Source of the DNA: an uncultured virus (IMG/VR IMGVR_UViG_3300044731_001157)
Lineage: Duplodnaviria > Heunggongvirae > Uroviricota > Caudoviricetes
Reading direction: 5' to 3' (one strand)
Length of the DNA stretch: 64,000 nt
Virus record (IMG/VR): IMGVR_UViG_3300044731_001157
Positions 47,713-56,851 of this stretch are shown piece after piece. Under the pieces are notes generated by a model. That model did no database searches, was not told the origin of the DNA, and saw nothing but the letters and a program-made list of their open reading frames with translations. A program made the translations under genes and the position numbers. Within the stretch, counting starts at the first letter, position 1, and each line of letters opens with the position of its first letter.

Positions 47713-48417
47713 ATGTCAAACGTAAGAAAATATTTAGCTTCTGCTCAAAGAAATGCAATGGAAAGCTTTGCAAATGCAGATGGTTTTATCGATGATGATT
47801 TATCATTTACTGGAGATGATTTCTTCAGAAACGCTGGTGGAGATAACATGGGCGGAGGTTCTGCTCCAACTTCTCAACCTTATATTGTAGATATTACATC
47901 TACTTCTGGTTCAGCTGTATCAAATTTTGAAGTATTAGGTTCATACCAATACATTAACAACTCTGGTTTTAATGCAAGTGGAGATTTAGTAATTGGTTCA
48001 ATTACAATTTCTTCTGGAATTTCTGATATTACATATCGTGAAATGTTGTACCAATTTATGAATCAACCATTTAGTGTAGGTTTAACTTATATTCAATCAA
48101 GTATTAACTCTCAAATTTTGGAAACTATTTCGGTTAATACAAGAGATTCAAATGGTAATTTAGCACAAAAAACATTAGTGCCTACAATTGACCCATATCA
48201 GCAACAAACTAACATTTTAGCGATGAAATATGCTTATAGAATTGATGGTTTCACGAAACTTATCATTCGTCAAGTACTTGCTAACGCATCTCTTAAATTA
48301 TATTTCTATCCTGCTGATAACATTAACTTATCTCGTGCATTAGGTGGAAACGCTGTTGCAAAACAATTTGGTAATCCAAATGTTGTTAATGGACAAACTA
48401 TTAAATTAAAAGCTTAA
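47713..48417 (+). CDS. Putative major capsid protein (single jelly-roll candidate)
   Basis: Own promoter/terminator unit; acidic Gly-rich leader then about 150-aa alternating beta pattern; paralogues elsewhere; fold is inference. Confidence 0.55.
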   Translation: MSNVRKYLASAQRNAMESFANADGFIDDDLSFTGDDFFRNAGGDNMGGGSAPTSQPYIVDITSTSGSAVSNFEVLGSYQYINNSGFNASGDLVIGSITISSGISDITYREMLYQFMNQPFSVGLTYIQSSINSQILETISVNTRDSNGNLAQKTLVPTIDPYQQQTNILAMKYAYRIDGFTKLIIRQVLANASLKLYFYPADNINLSRALGGNAVAKQFGNPNVVNGQTIKLKA

Positions 48418-48460
48418 TTTATTGGTGTTTTAAACAACGAATTAATGTATAATTGATAAT

Positions 48461-48497
48461 AAGGGTAAGATTGATTAATTCGTCTTACCCTTTTTTT
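48461..48497 (+). terminator. Intrinsic terminator
   Basis: aagggtaaga/tcttaccctt + T-run. Confidence 0.85.
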
Positions 48498-48514
48498 CTT
48501 AAAAACAAAAAAAG

Positions 48515-48898
48515 ATGGATGTATATAAATATGTAGCGGAAAATAATCCTATTGTGGCTCAAGGTATAATTGAATCATTTGGTTATGAACACGCTAATAC
48601 GCCAGATATGGGGTTATCTCAAGTAGTTGCTAAAGTAGGAGAACCTGCTTTGAAAAAAGTAATGGAAAACCACCCAGACAAAGAAATTATTTTAGAAATG
48701 TTTTCTACCGATACTAAAACTTCAAGTTGTGGTTGTGGTTGCGGAAGTAAAAGACAAGAAGGATTTCTTAACGCAAGTGGATTAGAAGTTTCTAAAGAAA
48801 AAGATAATTCAAGTTCAAATATGATTGCTCAACAAACAAACGCTATGATTTTAGTGTCTGCTTTGTTTATTTTTACAGCATTAATGATTAAAAAATAA
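48515..48898 (+). CDS. Tail-anchored membrane protein
   Basis: CGCGC, FLNASG, C-terminal TM+KK. Confidence 0.75.
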   Translation: MDVYKYVAENNPIVAQGIIESFGYEHANTPDMGLSQVVAKVGEPALKKVMENHPDKEIILEMFSTDTKTSSCGCGCGSKRQEGFLNASGLEVSKEKDNSSSNMIAQQTNAMILVSALFIFTALMIKK

Positions 48899-48904
48899 AA
48901 TAAA

Positions 48905-49483
48905 ATGGAAAACAATTTCGGTTTAATCTTACTTGATTTAGTAAGAAAAAATAAAGATAAGTTTTTAGGTTTGTTAAGAAGAAATGGTGTATTAGTTAAT
49001 ACTAATACTTCATCTGAAGATTTGACAAATATGATTTTGAAAGCTATGCAAAAATCAGAATCGTTCAAAAAAGAAACTATCTTATTGATGGGTGTTTTAA
49101 TGAGTAGTAGTGATAGTTCATTTGCTAATTTTAGTACTACAAGTCCTTTTGGTGGTTTACCTACATTTGACCCAAATGTTTTTTCGCCTAAAGATACTAC
49201 GACTACAACTACTACAACTGATAAAACTAAAAAAGAATTTGGAGATACTACCGTTGGCGGTATTGTTGACAAGCTTTTCAAATTAGGAGAAGGGTATTTG
49301 AAAAATAAGGAATATGATGTAAGAAAAGTTGAAGCACAAGCTGGTCAAGCAATTGCTGTTTCAAATATTCCATCAAATGTACCACCACCACCAAAAAGCA
49401 ATACAGGTTTATATATTGGTTTAGGAGTAGGAGGTTTAGCTTTAGTAGGTCTATTAGTTTATGTAATTTCTAAAAAGAAATAA
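48905..49483 (+). CDS. Tail-anchored membrane protein
   Basis: FANF motif; KSNTGLYIGLG TM + KKK. Confidence 0.75.
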   Translation: MENNFGLILLDLVRKNKDKFLGLLRRNGVLVNTNTSSEDLTNMILKAMQKSESFKKETILLMGVLMSSSDSSFANFSTTSPFGGLPTFDPNVFSPKDTTTTTTTTDKTKKEFGDTTVGGIVDKLFKLGEGYLKNKEYDVRKVEAQAGQAIAVSNIPSNVPPPPKSNTGLYIGLGVGGLALVGLLVYVISKKK

Positions 49484-49484
49484 T

Positions 49485-49694
49485 ATGGATGCGGTAGATG
49501 CTACAACAAAAATAGTAGGCTTTACAGTTGCTTTTTTCCCAAAAGAAGTGGCTTTAATGCTGAATAAAAATGGTGTAACAATTGATGCTGAAAACTATAA
49601 TTCTCAACAATTAGTTGATGCAACAATAGATGGTTTAGTTAGTTCGCCAAGTTTTTTAAAAGAATTTAGCAATTTTGTTGAAAGTAAAAGATAA
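49485..49694 (+). CDS. Stand-alone N-domain paralogous to N-termini of 48905/59932
   Basis: L..NGV.I, S.SF.KE; ends FSNFVESKR. Confidence 0.65.
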   Translation: MDAVDATTKIVGFTVAFFPKEVALMLNKNGVTIDAENYNSQQLVDATIDGLVSSPSFLKEFSNFVESKR

Positions 49695-49697
49695 GTC

Positions 49698-50012
49698 ATG
49701 AGTATATTTAGTCAATTTATAAGTAGTGAAGCTGGAGGAAACGCAATAGGCTCTATATTGGGTTTGGGTACTGGTTTAATCATAAATAATCAACAAAAAC
49801 AAAACGCAAAAGGAGAAGCCAATAATGCACAAGCTTTAGCCGATAAACAAATAAAGGCACAAGAATTGGCTTATCAAACAGCACAATTACAATTACAAGC
49901 ACAACAAGGTGCAGGTAGTGGTGCAAAAAGCAATACTGGTCTTTATATAGGTCTTGGTATTGGCGGTGCGGTTATTTTAGGTTTGGTGGTATTTTTAGCA
50001 GTAAAAAAATAG
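49698..50012 (+). CDS. Gln-rich tail-anchored membrane protein
   Basis: Gly-rich N-terminus, Q-rich coil, KSNTGLYIGLG TM. Confidence 0.75.
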   Translation: MSIFSQFISSEAGGNAIGSILGLGTGLIINNQQKQNAKGEANNAQALADKQIKAQELAYQTAQLQLQAQQGAGSGAKSNTGLYIGLGIGGAVILGLVVFLAVKK

Positions 50013-50016
50013 TAAT

Positions 50017-50232
50017 ATGCAGAATTATTTAGAAGAAGCGAAAACAATAGTGGACAAAGATAAACGAGAGTTATTTATGCACACTTCAAAAGCATCTATA
50101 AATGGTGCTATTACAGGTCTTGTAATTGGTCTTATGATTGGTTACTACAAAAAGTATAATATTTACGCATCAGGACTTACTGGTGCTATCGTAGGTGGTG
50201 TCGCAACCGCTATGATTGTTAATAAAAAATAA
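50017..50232 (+). CDS. Two-TM glycine-zipper membrane protein
   Basis: GAITGLVIG, GLTGAIVGG. Confidence 0.7.
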   Translation: MQNYLEEAKTIVDKDKRELFMHTSKASINGAITGLVIGLMIGYYKKYNIYASGLTGAIVGGVATAMIVNKK

Positions 50233-50256
50233 GTTTAACATTAAAATTAATAAAAT

Positions 50257-50781
50257 ATGAAAAACAAAAAAATATTAATAGGCTCTTTAGTTGCATTAGG
50301 CTTAATAGGTGCTGGTTTTTATTTTGTAAATAAAAAACAAGAAAAAGTATTTGATGAAGAACCCGAAGCAGATTTTGATTTTAATAATGCAAGCGGAAAT
50401 CAATTACAAAATATTTTAAATAAACCTAAAAAGGTTATTAAAGTTAAAGACTATCAAGCTTTAATGAAAAATGGTAACTTGACTGAATTAAAAAAATATT
50501 TAGTTGGTAAAAATATTTATACATTACAAAATGGTGTTAATATAAGAGAAATGGGACCTTATGTAGATAATGGTATTTTTGATAATATTTTTTTAACTAT
50601 TAAAAACAAAGGTGTTTTTATTGGAAAAGTTGAAGATGTTGTTAGAGGAAAAGATGGGAAAGGCATTTGGTTTTTAATAAGTAATAAGCAATATAATACT
50701 GCTTTATTTTCAAGAATAAAATGGGACTGGTCAAATTATTTTTATGTTCGACAAGATGTTGTAGTAGTAGATTTATATTAA
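50257..50781 (+). CDS. N-anchored membrane protein, possible SH3b-like domain
   Basis: N-TM, FNNASG, VNIRE...WF.I...YVRQDVV. Confidence 0.65.
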   Translation: MKNKKILIGSLVALGLIGAGFYFVNKKQEKVFDEEPEADFDFNNASGNQLQNILNKPKKVIKVKDYQALMKNGNLTELKKYLVGKNIYTLQNGVNIREMGPYVDNGIFDNIFLTIKNKGVFIGKVEDVVRGKDGKGIWFLISNKQYNTALFSRIKWDWSNYFYVRQDVVVVDLY

Positions 50782-50798
50782 TTTAGATAAAAAATATT

Positions 50799-50909
50799 AT
50801 GAAAAAACCAAATTTAGTTATGGGAATTGTAGGACTTGCATTATCTTTAGCAGTCGTTTACGGATATGCCTATGTTGTAGGTAAAGGTTGGAAAAAATCA
50901 CAAGAGTAA
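50799..50909 (+). CDS. 36-aa membrane protein (not in ORF track)
   Basis: Ends VVGKGWKKSQE, paralogous to 51118. Confidence 0.7.
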   Translation: MKKPNLVMGIVGLALSLAVVYGYAYVVGKGWKKSQE

Positions 50910-50932
50910 TAATTATTAAAAAAAAATAAAAA

Positions 50933-51097
50933 ATGAAAAACAAAAAATTAACTTATGGTGCATTAGTTGTTGGAGTATTAGCAGTAGCTATTTACTTAAA
51001 TCAACAAAAAAAAGATAAAGACAGTTCGTATACTTATGCAGATGGTGGTAAAGAAAGAACTGGTTTAAAATGGTGGCAAAGAATTTTTGGAGCTTAA
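50933..51097 (+). CDS. 54-aa membrane protein (not in ORF track)
   Basis: MKNKKLTYG + TM, YADGG; N-terminus like 51283. Confidence 0.7.
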   Translation: MKNKKLTYGALVVGVLAVAIYLNQQKKDKDSSYTYADGGKERTGLKWWQRIFGA

Positions 51098-51117
51098 TAT
51101 TTTTAAAAAAAATAAAG

Positions 51118-51276
51118 ATGGAAGTAGCAAATAATGTAAATCCTTCAAACGGAGGTTTTGCTGGAGAAAAAAAAGATGACTATTTGAAAAAAGTAGTTGG
51201 TATTGGTGTTAGCGTTGCTATTTTATTCGCAACTGTTTGGGTTGTTGGTAGAGCATGGAAAAAATCACAAAAATAA
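51118..51276 (+). CDS. Small membrane protein
   Basis: ATG 51118; ends VVGRAWKKSQK. Confidence 0.7.
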   Translation: MEVANNVNPSNGGFAGEKKDDYLKKVVGIGVSVAILFATVWVVGRAWKKSQK

Positions 51277-51282
51277 TTAGTT

Positions 51283-51609
51283 ATGAAAAATAAAAAATTA
51301 TTATACGGAGGATTAATAGCGTTAGCGGTTATTGGAATTTATATGTGGGATAAGAATAAAAAAAAAGCAAGTTGTAGTTGTTCGAGTGAAGTAAAACCAC
51401 AAGGAACTCCAACTTCTGAAACTTATTCAGCAATGAGTGGTTATGCTAATGCAGGTGGTGGAAGAAGCCTTATAAAATCAAGTGCTGAAAACGCTTATGG
51501 TGCAGGATGTGCTTGGTGTAAACCTTCTGGCGGTGGTAAACTTTATCACACAGGAACAAACAAAACTTGTAATGCAGGCGACCGTTGTTCGACACCATAC
51601 AGTTTTTAA
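51283..51609 (+). CDS. N-anchored Cys-rich membrane protein
   Basis: N-TM, YANAGG, six Cys. Confidence 0.7.
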   Translation: MKNKKLLYGGLIALAVIGIYMWDKNKKKASCSCSSEVKPQGTPTSETYSAMSGYANAGGGRSLIKSSAENAYGAGCAWCKPSGGGKLYHTGTNKTCNAGDRCSTPYSF

Positions 51610-51689
51610 TATTAACTTTTAAATAAACAAAACAAAGGTTGTGCAGGTGGAAATTCTTGTATAAAATTTGTAAAAAAAAAAATAATGTA

Positions 51690-51815
51690 ATGAAAAAGTC
51701 ATATTTAGGCATTATATTAACCAGTTTAAGTATAGGTGGATTAGTTTACCTATACTTGGGTTTTTATAAGCCAAGACAAGAGGTTGCAAAAGAATTTGAA
51801 CAAGAAACAAAATAA
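51690..51815 (+). CDS. 41-aa membrane protein (not in ORF track)
   Basis: MKKSYLGIILTSLSIGGLVYLYLGF. Confidence 0.6.
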   Translation: MKKSYLGIILTSLSIGGLVYLYLGFYKPRQEVAKEFEQETK

Positions 51816-51819
51816 TAAA

Positions 51820-52134
51820 ATGGAAAACATAGATTTAGGAAAAAGTGCAAATCAAATCTGGAGAGAGAGTGGTAGCACGTTAAGTTTTAAAAGTTGGTTA
51901 CAAAGAGAAAAAGATAAGGGTCGTTTTTTGCCAAACAAACAACTCATTGAATTTAATTCAATAGAAGGCGATGCGGAATTATCTAATAATCAAAAAATAA
52001 TTCAAGAAACTTTAAAAAAGAATAAATCAAATGAAGTTCCAAATAAAGTTGGACTTGATAAAATAGTTATCATAGGTTCAATTGCGTTAATATTGGGCGG
52101 TATTGCTTACAAAATATATCAAAAACGTAAATAA
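51820..52134 (+). CDS. Tail-anchored membrane protein
   Basis: ATG 51820; C-terminal TM + KRK. Confidence 0.7.
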   Translation: MENIDLGKSANQIWRESGSTLSFKSWLQREKDKGRFLPNKQLIEFNSIEGDAELSNNQKIIQETLKKNKSNEVPNKVGLDKIVIIGSIALILGGIAYKIYQKRK

Positions 52135-52922
52135 TGAATTATAGATTAAATACAAGATATGATGAAATGTGTTTGGTTATTAAAGTAGCTGTAAAACAAC
52201 CATGTGAAGTTGTTGTTAAAGTAGCTTCTGAAGATAAGCCAAACATTATTTTTACCGATAGATGGGCAACTGTAAGAGGTCAACAAACTTTTTATGTTAG
52301 ATTGCCAATGACTTCGGAAAACGTAATAATTTCAGTTTACGATAAAAGAGTAGGTAATTTACCAAAGGCTCAAGAAAAAAATATAAGTATTTTAGAAGTA
52401 AATAAAACACCGTTAGAAAAAAGATTAGATGTTGTCGATATTAAAAATGTTGTGGTTGCTAATTTTGTTGATTTTGCTCAAAGGTTCGCTTTTAATGCTC
52501 CTAATTTATCGTCTAATAAGACATACCAGTCTGATAATGGTCAGTTTCTTATTGAATATTTACCAGTTATTGTTAGTTCAAATTCTGGCAAAGAAATGAC
52601 AACACCTGCTCGTATTTCGAGAGTAACAGGAAGAATACAAGTTGCTAAAAAATACTTTGACAAATATACCGTACCGATGAGGTTCGCCATATTGTGCCAT
52701 GAATTTAGCCACTTTTACGTTAATGATGATATTGACAATGAATCAGAAGCCGACATTAATGGACTTTTGATTTATTTAGGCTTGGGTTATCCAAGAATTG
52801 AAGGCTTACAAGCCTTTTACGAAGTGTTTAAAGAAAGCGATAGTCAGCAAAACTTAAACAGAATGAAAATTATTGAGAAGTTCGTAATGGACTTTGAGAA
52901 AAAAAATATGGTATTAAGATAA
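52134..52922 (+). CDS. Zincin (HExxH) metallopeptidase, candidate maturation protease
   Basis: ILCHEFSHF...ESEAD. Confidence 0.65.
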   Translation: MNYRLNTRYDEMCLVIKVAVKQPCEVVVKVASEDKPNIIFTDRWATVRGQQTFYVRLPMTSENVIISVYDKRVGNLPKAQEKNISILEVNKTPLEKRLDVVDIKNVVVANFVDFAQRFAFNAPNLSSNKTYQSDNGQFLIEYLPVIVSSNSGKEMTTPARISRVTGRIQVAKKYFDKYTVPMRFAILCHEFSHFYVNDDIDNESEADINGLLIYLGLGYPRIEGLQAFYEVFKESDSQQNLNRMKIIEKFVMDFEKKNMVLR

Positions 52923-52933
52923 AAATTAAAGTT

Positions 52934-53581
52934 ATGAGTAATATAGTAGAACCACAAATAACGGAAACAAAACCAACGAAATGGATGAATGATTTGCTTA
53001 TTACAAATACAGGCGTAGTAGGAGGTATTGATTATGATTTGTCAAAATCAGAAAAAGGATTAATTAAAAAACCAATTAACCCAATAGAAGGAGGACAAGG
53101 ATTTTTAGACAGACAAAACGAATTAGCACAACAACAAGCTTTGTTACAAGAAGCTTCACAAATGAGTTATAGTGGTTTAACGGATAAGGTTTTTGGAAAG
53201 CAAGAAGGTTGGAGTTTTGAAAGACCGATGAGGTTAGGTGCTTATATAATTGTAGGTGCAGTTGTAGGTAGATACGTTGCTAAAAACATGAAAAAATCTA
53301 CTACATTAGGAATGGTTGTAGGTGGTTTAGCACCTTTGTTAGCTTATCAGTTAAGTATAGAGTATGATAGAAAAAATATGCCGAAACAAGAGCCAAGACA
53401 AAAAGTTGCTATTGAACCAACGCCAACGCAAAACAAACCAAAAACTTCTCTTTTTGATAATTCTAAATACCCAATGGAATGTATGATGAGATATGCTCAA
53501 CAAGCACAACCAGCAGTTATGATGCCAGCAGAATATTGGAAAAAAAGAGAAGAAGATTGGATGAAAACTAATTGTAAATAA
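52934..53581 (+). CDS. Two-TM membrane protein with 2-Cys microdomain
   Basis: Two hydrophobic segments; ECMMRY...WMKTNC. Confidence 0.65.
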   Translation: MSNIVEPQITETKPTKWMNDLLITNTGVVGGIDYDLSKSEKGLIKKPINPIEGGQGFLDRQNELAQQQALLQEASQMSYSGLTDKVFGKQEGWSFERPMRLGAYIIVGAVVGRYVAKNMKKSTTLGMVVGGLAPLLAYQLSIEYDRKNMPKQEPRQKVAIEPTPTQNKPKTSLFDNSKYPMECMMRYAQQAQPAVMMPAEYWKKREEDWMKTNCK

Positions 53582-53584
53582 ATT

Positions 53585-53917
53585 ATGAACAAAACAACAA
53601 AAAACATATTAATCGGAGTTGGAGTATTAGTGGGTTTATACTTTGCTAATAGGTTATACAAAAGATTAAGTAAACCGAGTGCTGAACAATTAAGTCTTCT
53701 TAATGAAGATTTGGTTTTAGCAAAAGGCTCACAAGGAGCAGAAGTTATGGAGTTACAACGCATTTTAAAAGATGAGTTAGGCTATAATTTAGGCTCTACT
53801 GGAGTAGATAATGATGGAGTTGATGGAATATTCGGTTCTATTACTGAAAAGGCTTTATTTCAAGCTAAAGGAGTTAATAAAATAACTTTAAAAGATTTTC
53901 AAAATGATAAAAAATAA
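53585..53917 (+). CDS. Membrane-anchored peptidoglycan-binding (PG_binding_1) protein
   Basis: L.KGS.G.EV.ELQ..L, DGIFG..TE.AL. Confidence 0.85.
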   Translation: MNKTTKNILIGVGVLVGLYFANRLYKRLSKPSAEQLSLLNEDLVLAKGSQGAEVMELQRILKDELGYNLGSTGVDNDGVDGIFGSITEKALFQAKGVNKITLKDFQNDKK

Positions 53918-54338
53918 AAAACTTTTTTATGGTGCTTTTGGCGTAATTGCTTTAGGCTCTTATTTAGTTTATAGATTTTACTCTAAAACTAAATCAGGTC
54001 AAGATTTAACTTATGCAGAAAGCGTAAAAGAAGATGTTAATACAGCTACTAAAACAGTTGTAGATAAAGTATTGCCAGTAGCTTCATATCCTTTGAAAGT
54101 TGGCTCTAAAGGTAGTAATGTAATGTTATTGCAAAATTGGCTAAACGACAAAGGATACGCAAGTCCAAAATTAGTTCCAGATGGAGCTTTTGGAGCTAAA
54201 ACTGAATCAGCAGTTAAATCAATGCAAGAAACACCATACGAAAAAGTAATTTCAGATTATATAAGTAAGGCACAATGGACTTCTGGGTATTCTTTTGGTC
54301 AAGTATCGCAAGAATTTTATAATATGTTTGTTAAGTAA
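53904..54338 (+). CDS. Membrane-anchored peptidoglycan-binding protein
   Basis: LKVGSKG.NV..LQ.WL, DGAFG.KTE.AVK. Confidence 0.85.
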   Translation: MIKNKKLFYGAFGVIALGSYLVYRFYSKTKSGQDLTYAESVKEDVNTATKTVVDKVLPVASYPLKVGSKGSNVMLLQNWLNDKGYASPKLVPDGAFGAKTESAVKSMQETPYEKVISDYISKAQWTSGYSFGQVSQEFYNMFVK

Positions 54339-54350
54339 CAAGTAAATAAA

Positions 54351-54719
54351 ATGGCAAGAAGTATTGATGAAATAAGAAAGCTATATCCATATTCAGATAA
54401 TTGTTTTGCAATGGAAAAAACTATTGGCAAAATTATCAATGAAAAATCTTTCTATGCTATAAAAATGAATAGTGGGGAACTTTCTGTTTTAGACAAAAGA
54501 CTTACTGAATTAAACGACTTTTTTGCGAAAAAAAATTGCGAAATGGTATTGGGTAATAAAAAAATAGAAGAAGTTTTAGAAATATCTAAAAAGTATGGCG
54601 AAATAGACAAAGTAAGAATTGAAACTCAAAGTATTGCAGAAAGAAATAAACGCATATTCATAGGAGTTGGAATTGTTTTGGCTGGAGCTGGTATAATATT
54701 AATTACAAATAAAAAATAA
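54351..54719 (+). CDS. Tail-anchored membrane protein, related to 56852
   Basis: Two Cys, L...F....C, C-terminal TM. Confidence 0.7.
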   Translation: MARSIDEIRKLYPYSDNCFAMEKTIGKIINEKSFYAIKMNSGELSVLDKRLTELNDFFAKKNCEMVLGNKKIEEVLEISKKYGEIDKVRIETQSIAERNKRIFIGVGIVLAGAGIILITNKK

Positions 54720-54720
54720 A

Positions 54721-55206
54721 ATGAATAAAAAAGTATTAATCATAGGGGGTGGTGTTGTAGTATTAGGTGCTATTGGCTATTTGTATTTTACAAATAAGAA
54801 AAAGCAAGATGCTTTATTGTCAGGTGGAACTTCTGGAGCAGGTTCAACAAGTGTAACGCCAACAACAGGAACACCTACAACAGGAGTTGGAGCAAGTCCA
54901 ATTAATAGCGAAATACCGCCATTATCTACTGGTGGAATAGTAACATCAGCAACAAAAGCACCAACTATTCAAGGTCAAGAAGATTTAGACAAAGCAAATG
55001 ACATTGTTGTTAAGCTAAAAGATTATTATCAAAAAAGCTCTTTTCAACAAGCGAGAATTAATTCTTATAAACCTTTATCAATGAGTTTTTCTTTTATGAA
55101 GCCATCAAATCCTTATCCAATAATGATTAAAAAATTAAAAGATGACTTGCTTAAATTAGGTTACGAATATAAAGGCGAAAAAGATGGAGTTTTAGTTAAA
55201 CTTTAA
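54721..55206 (+). CDS. N-anchored membrane protein with S/T/G/P linker
   Basis: N-terminal TM. Confidence 0.7.
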   Translation: MNKKVLIIGGGVVVLGAIGYLYFTNKKKQDALLSGGTSGAGSTSVTPTTGTPTTGVGASPINSEIPPLSTGGIVTSATKAPTIQGQEDLDKANDIVVKLKDYYQKSSFQQARINSYKPLSMSFSFMKPSNPYPIMIKKLKDDLLKLGYEYKGEKDGVLVKL

Positions 55207-55217
55207 AATTATAAAAA

Positions 55218-55490
55218 ATGAAAAATAAAGCATATATTTGGGTTGCATTAGCAATATTGGGAGTTGGTGGTTATTTAGCTTACAAAGAGTTTAAAAAAGT
55301 AAAGGTATTAACCAAAGAAGATAGTATTAACATAATCATTGAAAACGCAAAACACAAAGATAGAAATACTATTTCTACATTTGATGTTGGGTTTTTAGGA
55401 GTATGGGCAAATGCTATTTTAGAAAACAAAGAAACTTTTGTTTATAATGGCAAAAGTTATAGAACTCAAGGTGGAACAGCTTTAAAATAA
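55218..55490 (+). CDS. N-anchored membrane protein
   Basis: N-TM; F.YNGK.Y as in 40058. Confidence 0.7.
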   Translation: MKNKAYIWVALAILGVGGYLAYKEFKKVKVLTKEDSINIIIENAKHKDRNTISTFDVGFLGVWANAILENKETFVYNGKSYRTQGGTALK

Positions 55491-55495
55491 TAGAT

Positions 55496-56026
55496 ATGAG
55501 TAAATTTAATATAAATCAAGCCACTTCTAAAACAGGAGAGTTTATTGCAACTAATAAAAAGCCATTACTTTACATAGGTGGTGCTATTGCAGTTACAATT
55601 CTCGCAGTAACTGTGGTTAGAAGATTGAAAGGTAAAATAGAAGGTAAAGATATTAGCAAAGGTAAATTTGTTGAGCAAGATATTGATTTGACCAAAACCA
55701 CTATTAGCGTACAAACAGCCAAAAATTATGCTGAAATTTTATTTGAAGCTTTTAACTATGATTGGGGAACTGATAAATCTCAAGTTGAATCGGTTTTTAG
55801 TCGAATTAAACCAGAAGATTTTAAGTTGATATATAATGCCTATGGTAAAAGAGATTACGGAACTTTAACAGGTTTAAGTCCTACTTGGGCGGAAAGAGCA
55901 GGTGGTCTTTATAGAAGTTTAGATTTAGTTCAATGGATTAATGAAGAATTAGAAATAGGCGATAGTGCATTAAGAGAAAAAATAAGAAAAGTAGCAGAGC
56001 CAGCAGGATTTGTTATAGAAAGATAA
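55496..56026 (+). CDS. Membrane protein with annexin-like repeat
   Basis: WGTD..QV..VF.RI...DF..I..AYG...L..WI.EEL. Confidence 0.55.
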   Translation: MSKFNINQATSKTGEFIATNKKPLLYIGGAIAVTILAVTVVRRLKGKIEGKDISKGKFVEQDIDLTKTTISVQTAKNYAEILFEAFNYDWGTDKSQVESVFSRIKPEDFKLIYNAYGKRDYGTLTGLSPTWAERAGGLYRSLDLVQWINEELEIGDSALREKIRKVAEPAGFVIER

Positions 56027-56043
56027 TATAAAAAAATAAAGAT

Positions 56044-56652
56044 ATGCCAAACGTATTAAGTTTATATCAAGAAGATGTGCCTACGGATTCAATATCTACA
56101 ATAAGTGGAGGTAATTATTCAAGTGGTGGGTCAGGTGTTTCAACAAATACAAATTCAACAAGTAATACTACAACAAGTGGTGGTAATACTACTACTACTA
56201 CTAATACTACTGGAACGAGTGCGATTTCAGAGCCGTATGTAGATACAAAACCTCCAAAATCAACAGGTAACATTCAAGGCGGTTTATATCCAGAATGTTT
56301 AAAAAAATGGGAGCAAGTATTGGCTGTTACTAAATTTGAAAGTACTCAAGCAATGGAAGAAGCAAAAAAACGCTTTATGACTGATTGTATGACTTCTTCA
56401 ACAACAGGAACAAGTGCTATTGTAGAGCCAGAAATAGTTACTCCAATAAGCGGAACTTCAACAGGAACTACAACAACTAACGTAATTCTGCCTAATTTGG
56501 GTGGTTTTTTAAGTAGTTTGACTGGCGGTGGAGCAGGTGGCGGTGGCGGTGCTACTGAAGAAGACGTTTTAACTCCAAATAAAAAACCATTTCCTTATTG
56601 GATAATTGCAGTAGCAGTTGTAGGTGGTTATTTAATTTTAAGAAAAAAATAA
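56044..56652 (+). CDS. S/T/G-rich tail-anchored protein with 2-Cys microdomain
   Basis: ECLKKW...FMTDC; C-terminal TM. Confidence 0.7.
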   Translation: MPNVLSLYQEDVPTDSISTISGGNYSSGGSGVSTNTNSTSNTTTSGGNTTTTTNTTGTSAISEPYVDTKPPKSTGNIQGGLYPECLKKWEQVLAVTKFESTQAMEEAKKRFMTDCMTSSTTGTSAIVEPEIVTPISGTSTGTTTTNVILPNLGGFLSSLTGGGAGGGGGATEEDVLTPNKKPFPYWIIAVAVVGGYLILRKK

Positions 56653-56653
56653 T

Positions 56654-56848
56654 ATGCAACAAGGTTTAATATACGACCCTACCGCATATAAAAGAATAGA
56701 TGACTTTTTAAGCGGTCAAGAAACAGAACTTGTCAAATTAGAAAAAAGCGATGAAAGTCGAAAACAAAAACTAATTAGATTAGGCGTTATTTTAGGGGTT
56801 AGTGCTGTATTAATATTAGGTTTAAAGGTTTTAATTAAAAGAAAGTAA
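56654..56848 (+). CDS. Tail-anchored membrane protein
   Basis: C-terminal TM + KRK. Confidence 0.7.
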   Translation: MQQGLIYDPTAYKRIDDFLSGQETELVKLEKSDESRKQKLIRLGVILGVSAVLILGLKVLIKRK

Positions 56849-56851
56849 ACA

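Noticed and set aside
51630..51670. Hairpin in intergenic gap
   Set aside because: Relies on several G-U pairs and has no second instance
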